From NCBI RefSeq assembly GCF_000185985.2, contig NC_014909.2, forward strand, positions 210,001 to 242,000: a stretch of DNA of 32,000 bases. The letters run 5' to 3'. The translations under genes were made by a program, and so were the position numbers. The stretch is from Candidatus Saccharimonadota bacterium. GTDB taxonomy: Bacteria > Pseudomonadota > Gammaproteobacteria > Enterobacterales > Enterobacteriaceae. Numbering within the stretch: the stretch's first letter is position 1; each line of letters opens with the position of its first letter. Positions 1-8,652 of this stretch are shown here, one piece after another. The notes below the pieces were generated by a model. The model worked only from the letters and a program-made list of their open reading frames with translations, did not search any database and was not told the DNA's origin.

Positions 1-1
1 T

Positions 2-1255
2 GTTACTTATAGAGCTAAAATTATTGCATTATTTCAAAATAATGAAGCAGTTAAAATAGTTAAATCAAACACGGAGAGTATGGTGATTCTTGACTTTACT
101 CCTTTTTATGGAGAATCAGGAGGACAAATAGGAGATTGTGGATATTTAAGGGCAGAATCTGGAGGAGTGTTTGAGGTTAGGAATACTAAAAAATATGGAA
201 ATATTACAGTTCAGATTGGAATATTAAAAAGTGGAAAGATTAACGTAGGAGAGGAAGTTTTTGCTCAAGTTAACCCATTGAAAAGAAAATTAATTTGTTT
301 AAATCATTCAGCTACACATTTACTACATGCAGCATTATTAGAAATTTTAGGCTCTCATGTTACTCAAAAAGGATCTTTAATAAATGATAGATGTCTACGT
401 TTTGATTTTTCACATTATGACGCTATGACAGAAAAGCAGATAAACTCAGTAGAAAATTTTATAAATCAACAAATTTGGAGTAATTGGGTTATTACGGAAG
501 ATTTAATGCCAATAGAATCAGCTTATAATAATACTGATATTATAATGTTATCGAAAAAACAGTATAATCAAGAAGTTCGTGTTGTGCGAATAGGTAATTT
601 TTCTAGTGAATTATGCACAGGTACTCATTCGAAGAATACTGGGAAGATAGGATTATTTGTAATTGTTAAGGAATTGGGTATTGGAGCTGGTATCAGACGT
701 ATAGAAGCAACAACTAAAGATTTAGCATTATCTATAATACAACGTAAAAGAACGTTAATTCAGAATATTATACAAATAATGCATACTGATGATGATCATT
801 TATTAAATAAAATACATGCTTTGAAATTATTTTCTAATAAGTTAGAAAAAGAAATAAGAGTATTAAAGAATAAACAAGAAACTCAAAAGATTTTATCTTC
901 TGCACATGAGGTTTATTATATTAAGAATGTGCCAATATTAGTAAAGCAAATTGAAAATATAGAATTAGAAACAGTATTTTATATGGTAGGTTGTATTAAG
1001 AGACATTTAAAATCTGGATTAATTGTATTGATTAATACTAGAATAAATAATTCAATTCATTTGATAGTAAGTGTAACTGAAGATCTAATTGAGCGTAATC
1101 ATATCAATTCTTTGGATGTAGTGCATTATATTATGCATAATGTTGGAGGAAAAGGTGGTGGTAAATCTGATTTTGCTCAGGCTAAAATTGATAATGTAAT
1201 AAATAAATCTGAATTTGTAGCTAATGTAAAATTATTGTTAAGGAATTTTTTATAA
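2..1255 (+). CDS. alaS: Alanine--tRNA ligase, C-terminal ~417 aa (5' end outside window)
   Basis: The frame is open from the window edge, with no stop between 2 and 80. Translation contains ILDFTPFYGESGGQIGD, HSATHLLHAAL and C-terminal GGKGGGKSDFAQA, which are typical of AlaRS editing and C-Ala domains. It is followed by csrA-serV-argV as in E. coli. Confidence 0.95.
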   Translation, partial: VTYRAKIIALFQNNEAVKIVKSNTESMVILDFTPFYGESGGQIGDCGYLRAESGGVFEVRNTKKYGNITVQIGILKSGKINVGEEVFAQVNPLKRKLICLNHSATHLLHAALLEILGSHVTQKGSLINDRCLRFDFSHYDAMTEKQINSVENFINQQIWSNWVITEDLMPIESAYNNTDIIMLSKKQYNQEVRVVRIGNFSSELCTGTHSKNTGKIGLFVIVKELGIGAGIRRIEATTKDLALSIIQRKRTLIQNIIQIMHTDDDHLLNKIHALKLFSNKLEKEIRVLKNKQETQKILSSAHEVYYIKNVPILVKQIENIELETVFYMVGCIKRHLKSGLIVLINTRINNSIHLIVSVTEDLIERNHINSLDVVHYIMHNVGGKGGGKSDFAQAKIDNVINKSEFVANVKLLLRNFL

Positions 1256-1400
1256 AAACTTAGAAACATAACTCAAGAGATGATTAATTATTGATGTGTG
1301 TTTCATAAAATATATATACGATGATGTATGAGAAGATATTAATAGGTATGATATACTAATAAATTTTAGTTATTTAATTTTTTCAAGGAAGGAGTAAAGA

Positions 1401-1571
1401 ATGCTTATTCTAACTCGCCGAGTTGGTGAAACTTTAATTATTGGGGATGAAATAACAGTAACTGTGTTGGGGGTGAAAGGCAATCAAATTCGTATTGGTG
1501 TAAATGCGCCTAAAAAAATATCTATACATAGAGAAGAAATTTATCGTAAGATTCAAGATGAAAAAAATTAG
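1401..1571 (+). CDS. csrA: Carbon storage regulator CsrA (56 aa)
   Basis: Not in the ORF track because it is too short. ATG at 1401, TAG at 1569-1571, GGAG 6 nt upstream. Translation [56 protein letters not shown] is near-identical to E. coli CsrA over about 50 residues. Confidence 0.93.
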   Translation: MLILTRRVGETLIIGDEITVTVLGVKGNQIRIGVNAPKKISIHREEIYRKIQDEKN

Positions 1572-1776
1572 ATATACTGCATATAAAATGATTTTTAATG
1601 AACCGCAGCATAATATAATAATTAATAATTTTTATGTTTTTAATTAAGAGTATTTTATAGATGATGTTGTTTGTAATTTAAAATATTCATGAGTTTAATA
1701 AAACATTTATTTTTAAAGTATAAAAATATAAAATAATAGTATGTATGATTATCAAAAAATAAAAATACATAATGTC

Positions 1777-1866
1777 AGTGAGGTGGCCGAGAGGCTGAAG
1801 GCACTCCCCTGCTAAGGGAGTATATGAGTGTATATCGTATCGAGGGTTCGAATCCCTCCCTCACTG
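1777..1866 (+). tRNA. serV: tRNA-Ser (anticodon GCU), long variable arm, no encoded CCA
   Basis: Hand-folded. Acceptor agtgagg/cctcact, anticodon stem ctccc/gggag with loop ctGCTaa, 21-nt variable arm, T arm gaggg-ttcgaat-ccctc. Closely resembles E. coli serV. Confidence 0.9.
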
Positions 1867-1936
1867 TGTTTATTAACATTTTATGTTGGGATATTATTTA
1901 TTGTATTATATACATTCATTAATAAAAAGATTATAC

Positions 1937-2010
1937 GCACCCGTAGCTCAAATGGATAGAGCACTCGGCTACGAACCGAGAGGTCGGAGGTTCAAATCCT
2001 CTCGGGTGTA
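1937..2010 (+). tRNA. argV: tRNA-Arg (anticodon ACG), no encoded CCA
   Basis: Hand-folded. Acceptor gcacccg/cgggtgt (one G-U pair), anticodon stem ctcgg/ccgag with loop ctACGaa, T arm ggagg-ttcaaat-cctct. Near-identical to E. coli argV. Confidence 0.9.
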
Positions 2011-3037
2011 TAGTGTTTTAAGTAACGTAGAAGTTTGTTTTATGCTGCGCTATATTATAATTAATACAATGATTATTGTATTAATATAATTTGATTTAAT
2101 ATTATAATTGAGTAATGGTATTTTTATTATATATTTATGTGTAGGTGTTTTAAAAACAGTTCTATATTTGTTTTACAATGCATTAGTTTGTTGGAAAAAG
2201 GTTGAAATTGACGAATAGTAATTATTAATATGATAGAGATCATACAGAAAGTATATAGATAAAGAGAATGTTAATTTAGAGATATTGATTAAATATTTTG
2301 AAAAATATGTAAGTATTTATGTAGATATGATGAATCTAGTGTTGTGTAACGAAATACTTAAGTCATTTATTTTTGTGTATGAAATAAAAATTTAAAAATG
2401 TAATTGTTAGAATGTTAAGTTGTAATTGATAAAAAGGATTCGTGATACTTGATTTTACAATCAAGTAAAATTGTTTTATGAGTATAAATAAAATTGTTGT
2501 ATTAGTATTAGTAGATTTGTATAAATAGTTAATGCAAATAATAGTTATTGTTATAATACGATAATTATTAATTATATTAAGGTAGGTAATAAAAAATTTT
2601 TCAATGCATTTTTGTTTTAGTCGCTATTATTTATATAGCGTTCTGTGTTTTGATATTTCATGAATGTGCACGAAATAATATATTTAATAAAAATTAAGAA
2701 ATTTTATGTTATAATGAAAAGCTGATGCTCTAATATAATAAATGTTAATTATCATAGAGTATTAGGGTACTAAAAATAAGTTGCAAGTCCTACGACAAGT
2801 TTTATTATTTTTGTGAATTTTTCGTTAATCAAGTAGTATTCACGAAGGTAATTATATACTTGGGTAGTATTGTCTAACAAATATTATTTTATATATAATG
2901 GGATATTATTTAGTAATGTAATGAGAATTACATATAATTTTTTAATTTCAATAGAATTTAATGAATTAACATGAGTATATGGTTTTTTCATAATTTTTTT
3001 ATATGGAGTTTTAGCGATAAATTAGGATATATCTATT

Positions 3038-3292
3038 ATGGTGCGAATTAGGTTGGCTCGGGGTGGGATGAAAAGAAATCCATTCTATTATATAGTTGTG
3101 ACTGATAGTCGAAACTCTCGGGATGGTAGTTTTATGGAACGAGTTGGGTTTTTTAATCCCTTAGGATTAAATGTATCAAAAAGAGTATTTATTAAATTAG
3201 ATAGAATTCAGTATTGGATAAATCAAGGTGCTAATCCCTCAAATCGAGTGTGTGAGTTAATAAAAAAATCAAAAAGATTGTTATCAACGTGA
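3038..3292 (+). CDS. rpsP: 30S ribosomal protein S16
   Basis: MVRIRLARGGMKRNPFYYIVVTDSRNSRDG... matches S16. Heads the rpsP-rimM-trmD-rplS operon. Confidence 0.96.
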   Translation: MVRIRLARGGMKRNPFYYIVVTDSRNSRDGSFMERVGFFNPLGLNVSKRVFIKLDRIQYWINQGANPSNRVCELIKKSKRLLST

Positions 3293-3329
3293 TAATGAAT
3301 TGTAAATTATGTAATAATGAGCTAGCTAT

Positions 3330-3899
3330 TTGGACTTTTTTTTAGAAAATACAGAACCTTTGGATCCTGTTATAATAGGAAAAATAGGAGGAGCGTATGG
3401 CGTTCAAGGGTGGCTGAAGATAATTTCTTTTACGGATAAAATTGAGGATATTTTTAAGTATTGTCCGTGGTTTATATTGCTGAGATCTCAATGGAAATTA
3501 ATGATATTAGAGAATTGGAGAGTTATTAATAAACATTATATAGCTAAAATTTCTGACATCTCAAGCAGAGAGATTGCAATGTCATTAGCTCAATGTAATT
3601 TGATTATAGATTCTAAAAGTTTGCCTATCTTAAAGAAAGAGGGTGAATATTATTGGAAAGATATCATAGGATGTGAAGTGATTAATATTGATGGAGATTA
3701 TTTAGGATATGTGATTAATATTATAGAAACTCAAGCTCACGATGTCTTAGTGATTAAACTTAATAGTCATGACGATGTTAAAATAAAAAGTTGCCTTATT
3801 CCCTTTGTTCAAAAAAAAATTATTAAATACGTTAGTATAATTAATAGGACTATTATTGTTGATTGGGGAATATATGATCGTTCAAGAGATAAAAAATAA
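3330..3899 (+). CDS. rimM: 16S rRNA processing protein RimM
   Basis: DPVIIGKIGGAYGVQGWLKI..., YYWKDIIGCEV and HDVLVIK align with E. coli RimM. TTG at 3330 is the first start-like codon after the in-frame TGA at 3318-3320, and there is no in-frame ATG near the N-terminus. Confidence 0.9.
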   Translation: MDFFLENTEPLDPVIIGKIGGAYGVQGWLKIISFTDKIEDIFKYCPWFILLRSQWKLMILENWRVINKHYIAKISDISSREIAMSLAQCNLIIDSKSLPILKKEGEYYWKDIIGCEVINIDGDYLGYVINIIETQAHDVLVIKLNSHDDVKIKSCLIPFVQKKIIKYVSIINRTIIVDWGIYDRSRDKK

Positions 3900-3922
3900 T
3901 AAACTAATATGAAGTAACTATT

Positions 3923-4681
3923 ATGTTATTTGGAATTATTACTTTATTTCCAGAGATGTTCAATGCTGTTACTCATTATGGCGTAGTAGGTAAGTCGGTA
4001 CGTAATGGTATAATTTCTGTGAAATTGTGGAATCCTAGAGAATTTTCAAGAAATTCATATAAAAAAGTGGATGATTATCCTTATGGAGGAGGGGCTGGGA
4101 TGTTAATGTCAAGTCAACCTTTGAAAGAGGCTATTACTGCAGCTCAAAATACATTAGGAGAAGGTTCTAAAGTAATTTATCTTTCTCCTCAAGGAAAACG
4201 ATTAAATCATAAGTATGTATGTAAATTAGCTCAGAATGAAAAAAATTTAATTTTAGTGTGCGGTCGATATCAAGGCATCGATGAAAGAATAATACAAATG
4301 AAAATTAATGAAGAATGGTCTATAGGAGATTATGTTTTAAGTGGAGGGGAATTAGCCGCTATGGTATTTATAGATACGATAGCTCGGGTTTTGCCTGGAA
4401 CTTTAAATAATCAAGAATCAAAAAGATCAAATTCTTTTTTTAAAAATAGATTAAATTATCCACATTATACTCGTCCAGAGGTTTTTGAGGGAATGAGAGT
4501 GCCAGCAATATTGTTATCTGGAAATCATGGTCAAATTTCTCGTTGGAGATTAAAACAATCTTTAGGTAGAACTTGGTTAAAAAGACCGGATTTATTAAAA
4601 AAATTAAATCTTAGCAAAGAAGAGAAAATTTTGTTAACGGAATTTAAAAATGAATATCTTGTTTCATTAAGTAATGAATAA
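3923..4681 (+). CDS. trmD: tRNA (guanine37-N1)-methyltransferase
   Basis: [44 protein letters not shown] and [16 protein letters not shown] align along the full length of E. coli TrmD. Confidence 0.96.
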   Translation: MLFGIITLFPEMFNAVTHYGVVGKSVRNGIISVKLWNPREFSRNSYKKVDDYPYGGGAGMLMSSQPLKEAITAAQNTLGEGSKVIYLSPQGKRLNHKYVCKLAQNEKNLILVCGRYQGIDERIIQMKINEEWSIGDYVLSGGELAAMVFIDTIARVLPGTLNNQESKRSNSFFKNRLNYPHYTRPEVFEGMRVPAILLSGNHGQISRWRLKQSLGRTWLKRPDLLKKLNLSKEEKILLTEFKNEYLVSLSNE

Positions 4682-4695
4682 AAAAGGAATATGGT

Positions 4696-5040
4696 ATGTA
4701 TGAAGTAATAAAAAAATTTGAATTACAGCAAATAAAAAAAAATATACCTAGATTGCATCCTGGAGATATAATAGCAGTAAAATTATGGGTCGTTGAAGAT
4801 GGAAACAAAAAACGTTTTCAAATATTTGAAGGAATGGTAATCTCAATTAAAAATAAAGGGTTACATTCTACTTTTACTGTAAGAAAGATTGCTAGTGGAG
4901 AAGGGGTAGAGCGAGTATTTCAAATGCATTCTCCTGTTATTAAAGATATTAAAATTAAAAAATTGGGAATAGTGCGTAAAGCTAAACTTTATTATTTACG
5001 CGACCTTCAAGGAAAATCTGCTCGAATTAAAACTCGTTAA
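4696..5040 (+). CDS. rplS: 50S ribosomal protein L19
   Basis: [37 protein letters not shown]...KAKLYYLR matches L19. AAGGA lies upstream. Confidence 0.96.
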   Translation: MYEVIKKFELQQIKKNIPRLHPGDIIAVKLWVVEDGNKKRFQIFEGMVISIKNKGLHSTFTVRKIASGEGVERVFQMHSPVIKDIKIKKLGIVRKAKLYYLRDLQGKSARIKTR

Positions 5041-5525
5041 AATTCATTTTAATTAATATTACTGGAATTGGAATTATTGATTTTCCATATGTATGAATGG
5101 AGTTATATGATGTTTTTGTAGATGTTATTTTATGTATTAATTTAAAATATTGGTTAATCGTTAATAAGGAAAGTAATTATTTTTTGACTATTTGATATAG
5201 TAAGCATAAATTGAGAAATATAGAAACCTTTAATATATAAAAAATATCATTATTATTAAGTTATTACTTGAATCAGTTTTTTATTTTTATATTATTCATA
5301 TTGCAACGAAGGTTATTGATTTTTTATTTTTATATATAGATCAAGTTTTTTAAGTAGGAAAGATATTAATCTATTAATAATAATTTATTTACAATTATGA
5401 ATAAAACAGCACTAACACTGGTAATATAAATAAATTATAGTATAGATATATATTATGTGATTTTTAGTATTGTAATCTCATTTGTTTTGTGTAGTGATTA
5501 TAATATTTTTATACAGGTTAATAGT

Positions 5526-6626
5526 ATGCAAAAAAATAATCAAAAAATTTTACAAAATTGTAATATGCAGTCAATAATTGCTCCTGAGCAATTAAAATTG
5601 AAATTTCCTTTAATTAAAATTAATCAGCGTAGTGTTGAGTATTCTCAAAATGTTATTAATAATATCATACATAAAAAAGACCCTCGTTTATTAGTAATAT
5701 GTGGGCCTTGTTCAATCAATGATATTAATGCTGCTTTTGATTATGCAAAAAAATTGAAATGTTTATCAACAGAATTAGAAGATCAATTGTATATAGTGAT
5801 GCGTGTATATTTAGAAAAACCTCGAACTATTACTGGATGGAAAGGTTTAATTAATGATCCATATATGGATGGTTCTGGTGATATAGAATCTGGATTACAA
5901 ATATCTCGTCGTTTGTTATTACAATTAATAGAAATAGGATTACCTTTAGCTACTGAAATATTAAATCCAATTTTTCCGCAGTATATTGGCGAACTTTTTA
6001 GTTGGGTCTCTATAGGAGCTCGGACTACAGAATCTCAAATACACAGAGAAGTAGCTTCTGGACTGCAGTCAGCAGTAGGTTTTAAGAATAGTACTGATGG
6101 TAATATTAATCATGCTATTAATGCAATACAAGCATCAATGATCCCTCATCATTGTATTAGCATTGATCAAACAGGTCAGATATGTGTATTAAATACCGAA
6201 GGAAATATTAATAGTCATATAATTTTGAGAGGTGGAATGCATCCTAATTATTATCCAGAAAATATTATTTATTGTGAACAGAGGATAATGGAAGTAGGAT
6301 TAAATCCAGTGTTAATAATTGATTGTAGTCATGGTAATTCTAAAAAAGATTATACTCAACAAGTTGATGTAGCGAAATCTATAGTTGATCAAATTAAGTT
6401 AGGTAATCGTTCTATTGTTGGATTTATGCTTGAAAGTTATTTGTATTCAGGGAATCAAATTTTAGATTTTAATAATCTTTCCTCTATGAAATATGGTGTA
6501 TCTGTGACTGATGCTTGTATAAATTGGGAAAAAACTCAAGAATTATTGTATTACGTATATAGAGAACTAAAATCAATTCTTACTACCCGTTTAGTAGGAG
6601 GGCCTAAACGGAATGATAGAAAATAA
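5526..6626 (+). CDS. aroF: 3-deoxy-7-phosphoheptulonate (DAHP) synthase, class I
   Basis: Co-linear with E. coli AroF from MQK... through DPRLLVICGPCSI, KPRTITGWKGLINDP, IGARTTESQIHRE and MKYGVSVTDACI. The aroF symbol is chosen from the N-terminal match and the aroF-tyrA synteny. The isozyme assignment against aroG/aroH is less certain than the family call. The track start at 5457 (GTG) adds 23 unaligned residues, so ATG 5526 is preferred. Confidence 0.88.
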   Translation: MQKNNQKILQNCNMQSIIAPEQLKLKFPLIKINQRSVEYSQNVINNIIHKKDPRLLVICGPCSINDINAAFDYAKKLKCLSTELEDQLYIVMRVYLEKPRTITGWKGLINDPYMDGSGDIESGLQISRRLLLQLIEIGLPLATEILNPIFPQYIGELFSWVSIGARTTESQIHREVASGLQSAVGFKNSTDGNINHAINAIQASMIPHHCISIDQTGQICVLNTEGNINSHIILRGGMHPNYYPENIIYCEQRIMEVGLNPVLIIDCSHGNSKKDYTQQVDVAKSIVDQIKLGNRSIVGFMLESYLYSGNQILDFNNLSSMKYGVSVTDACINWEKTQELLYYVYRELKSILTTRLVGGPKRNDRK

Positions 6627-7737
6627 ACTAAATGTTTTGCGTAATGAAATAGATAAAATAGATAAAAATTTAATTGAATTATTATCTAGGCGATTATCTT
6701 TAGTTTCTCAAATAGGGAAAATAAAGAGTCGTTTTGGATTATTCATTTATTCTCCTGAAAGAGAAGAGCAACTTATGTCTTGTAGAAAGAAAGAAGCAAT
6801 AAAATTAGGAATATCTCCTGATTTAGTTGAAGATGTATTACGTCGAATTATGAGGGAATCTTATTATAAGGAAAGTAAAAAAGGATTTAAAAGGTTATAT
6901 TCAGATTGTCGTCCTGTTGTTATAATTGGTGGTAAAGGTCGAATGGGACAGTTTTTTGCAAAAATGTTAACTTTATCGGGATATCAGGTTAAAATATTAG
7001 ATCAAGATGATTGGATAAACGCAAAGTCTATATTAATTAACGTAGGAGTAGTGTTTATTAGTGTTCCAATACATTTAATGACTAAAGTAGTTAATACATT
7101 ACCCCCCTTACCTGATGATTGTGTCATTATAGATTTGTCTTCTATAAAAACAATATCTTTAAAAACTATTTTAAATATTCATAGTGGACCAGTTTTAGGA
7201 TTGCATCCTATGTTTTCTCCAGATAATGAAAATATGATAAAGCAAGCTATAATCTGTTGTGAGGGTCGTTATCCAGAATCATATCAGTGGGTTCTGAAAC
7301 AATTACAATTATGGGGAGCAAAATTGTATTATTGTACCTCCATGGAACACGATAAATATATGAGTTTTATTCAAAGTTTGTGTCATTTAATAACTTTTGC
7401 CGATGGGTATCATTTATTTAAAGAAAACGTTGATTTAGATAAGATGATATCTTTTTCCTCTCCAATATTTAAATTAAAATTAATCACAATAGGTAGATTA
7501 TTTCATCAAGATCCACAATTATATGCAAACATAATTATGGAATCTCACGATAATCTTATTTTAATTAAACGTTATTATAAAAGATTAGGAACAATGTTAA
7601 TGTGGTTAGAACGAAATGATAAAATAGAGTTCATAGTAAGATTTAATAAAATTAAAAATTGGTTGGGAGTGCATGCTGATGCGTTTTTTAAAGATAGTTG
7701 CAAACTACTACAATTAATTACTGATATGAAAAAATGA
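6613..7737 (+). CDS. tyrA: Bifunctional chorismate mutase / prephenate dehydrogenase (T-protein)
   Basis: The full length aligns with E. coli TyrA: LRNEIDKIDKNLIELLSRRL (CM domain), VLRRIMRESY, RPVVIIGGKGRMG (NAD fold), GPVLGLHPMF, QDPQLYANIIM. It overlaps the aroF stop by 14 nt. Confidence 0.94.
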   Translation: MIENKLNVLRNEIDKIDKNLIELLSRRLSLVSQIGKIKSRFGLFIYSPEREEQLMSCRKKEAIKLGISPDLVEDVLRRIMRESYYKESKKGFKRLYSDCRPVVIIGGKGRMGQFFAKMLTLSGYQVKILDQDDWINAKSILINVGVVFISVPIHLMTKVVNTLPPLPDDCVIIDLSSIKTISLKTILNIHSGPVLGLHPMFSPDNENMIKQAIICCEGRYPESYQWVLKQLQLWGAKLYYCTSMEHDKYMSFIQSLCHLITFADGYHLFKENVDLDKMISFSSPIFKLKLITIGRLFHQDPQLYANIIMESHDNLILIKRYYKRLGTMLMWLERNDKIEFIVRFNKIKNWLGVHADAFFKDSCKLLQLITDMKK

Positions 7738-7907
7738 TATTATATAAAACAAAATAATTGTCAAATTGTCAACGATATGATTATTAATATTGATTTTATA
7801 GAGTATAATTTTATTCAAATGGGTGAAAGAATTATAATAATTTTTATTTTTCTTTGAAATTTATATTAACAAATGATTGGTAATCGTTAATTGTATGACA
7901 TTCAGAG

Positions 7908-8495
7908 TTAAAAGTTAGTATTTTTTACTATAACAAATCGAGTAGAATTATACGGATGGTTCGATATTATTTGGGGTAATAAAAGAGGTTGTAAGCCATA
8001 ATATTCTCCTCCTTGTATACTACCTAACGCAGCTATATTAGGTTGATTTAAGAAAGCTACTTTCTTTATAGCAACGGCACTACTTGCACATAGTAAAATT
8101 TTTAAGTTTGAATTTTTTTTTAAAAATTTACTGCATTGTTGCACAGGTTGGGGATGACTGTAGATAATTTTAATTTTGTTTAGAGAGATTTGATTGTTTT
8201 TTACTAATATATGGTGTTGTATAGGAATTGTAATGTTTCCAATTAACATTAAGTGGGTTTTTGATAGTAAATTACATACTTCTTCGATGAATCCTGAATT
8301 GGAATTTTCAATAGGTAAAATACCATACTCAGCTTTTTGAGTTTCTACTAAGAAAAAAATATCCTGAAAATTCTGACAACTGCATTCTATGAATTTACCA
8401 AAATAATAATGTGCGTATTTCATAGCTGCAATATGAGAATATGAACCTTTTGGGCCTAGGAATGCTATATGTATTGTTGCTTTGTTTTGAGTCAT
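7908..8495 (-). CDS. pheA: Prephenate dehydratase domain only (truncated P-protein lacking CM and ACT domains); possibly functional, possibly a gene remnant
   Basis: IAFLGPKGSYSH...ILPIENSNSG...YSHPQPVQQCSKFL...AALGS...STRFVIV aligns with roughly residues 103-290 of E. coli PheA. The flanking spacers (157 bp and 170 bp) are too short for the missing domains. Confidence 0.85.
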   Translation of the reverse strand: MTQNKATIHIAFLGPKGSYSHIAAMKYAHYYFGKFIECSCQNFQDIFFLVETQKAEYGILPIENSNSGFIEEVCNLLSKTHLMLIGNITIPIQHHILVKNNQISLNKIKIIYSHPQPVQQCSKFLKKNSNLKILLCASSAVAIKKVAFLNQPNIAALGSIQGGEYYGLQPLLLPQIISNHPYNSTRFVIVKNTNF

Positions 8496-8652
8496 AATTA
8501 TTTTTTATAATAAATATAGGTATGTTTTTACATATATTGTATAATTGTATATATAAGGATTATTTTTTTTTGATACATATGTATATTATTACATATTACA
8601 TAAATATGTATATATAATTTTCATTTCATGTAGAGAAGCAATATGTTAGGTA

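Noticed and set aside
1883-2089. 68-aa track ORF (MLGYYLLYYIHS...)
   Set aside because: It reads straight through the tRNA-Arg gene (1937-2010). The central APVAQMDRALGYEPRGRRFKSSRV is simply the tRNA translated, so it is not a protein gene.
2011-3037. A possible CsrB/CsrC-like decoy sRNA downstream of csrA
   Set aside because: CsrB-type RNAs carry many GGA motifs in hairpin loops. This spacer has only a handful of scattered GGA triplets and no repeated hairpin units. The repeated 9-mer aatcaagta (2459 and 2828) is expected by chance at this base composition.
5457-5525. N-terminal extensions proposed by the ORF track: aroF from GTG 5457, bfr from 16948, rplV from 20901, rpsN from 24406, rpsH from 24761 and rplO from 26883
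   Set aside because: In each case an internal ATG aligns with residue 1 of the E. coli ortholog, and where a Shine-Dalgarno motif is visible (bfr, rplV, rpsN, rpsH) it is correctly spaced from that ATG. The extra residues have no homolog.
7756-7771. Tandem 8-mer aattgtca x2 (TTGACA on the minus strand) between the convergent tyrA and pheA
   Set aside because: It has only two copies, is very short and sits between two gene ends where no promoter is needed. It is most simply slippage in decaying DNA.
8576-8615. Repeated atatgtatat motifs and TA-rich quasi-palindromes upstream of pheA
   Set aside because: This is low-complexity TA-rich sequence with no stable stem and no attenuator-like alternative hairpins. 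It cannot be distinguished from background.
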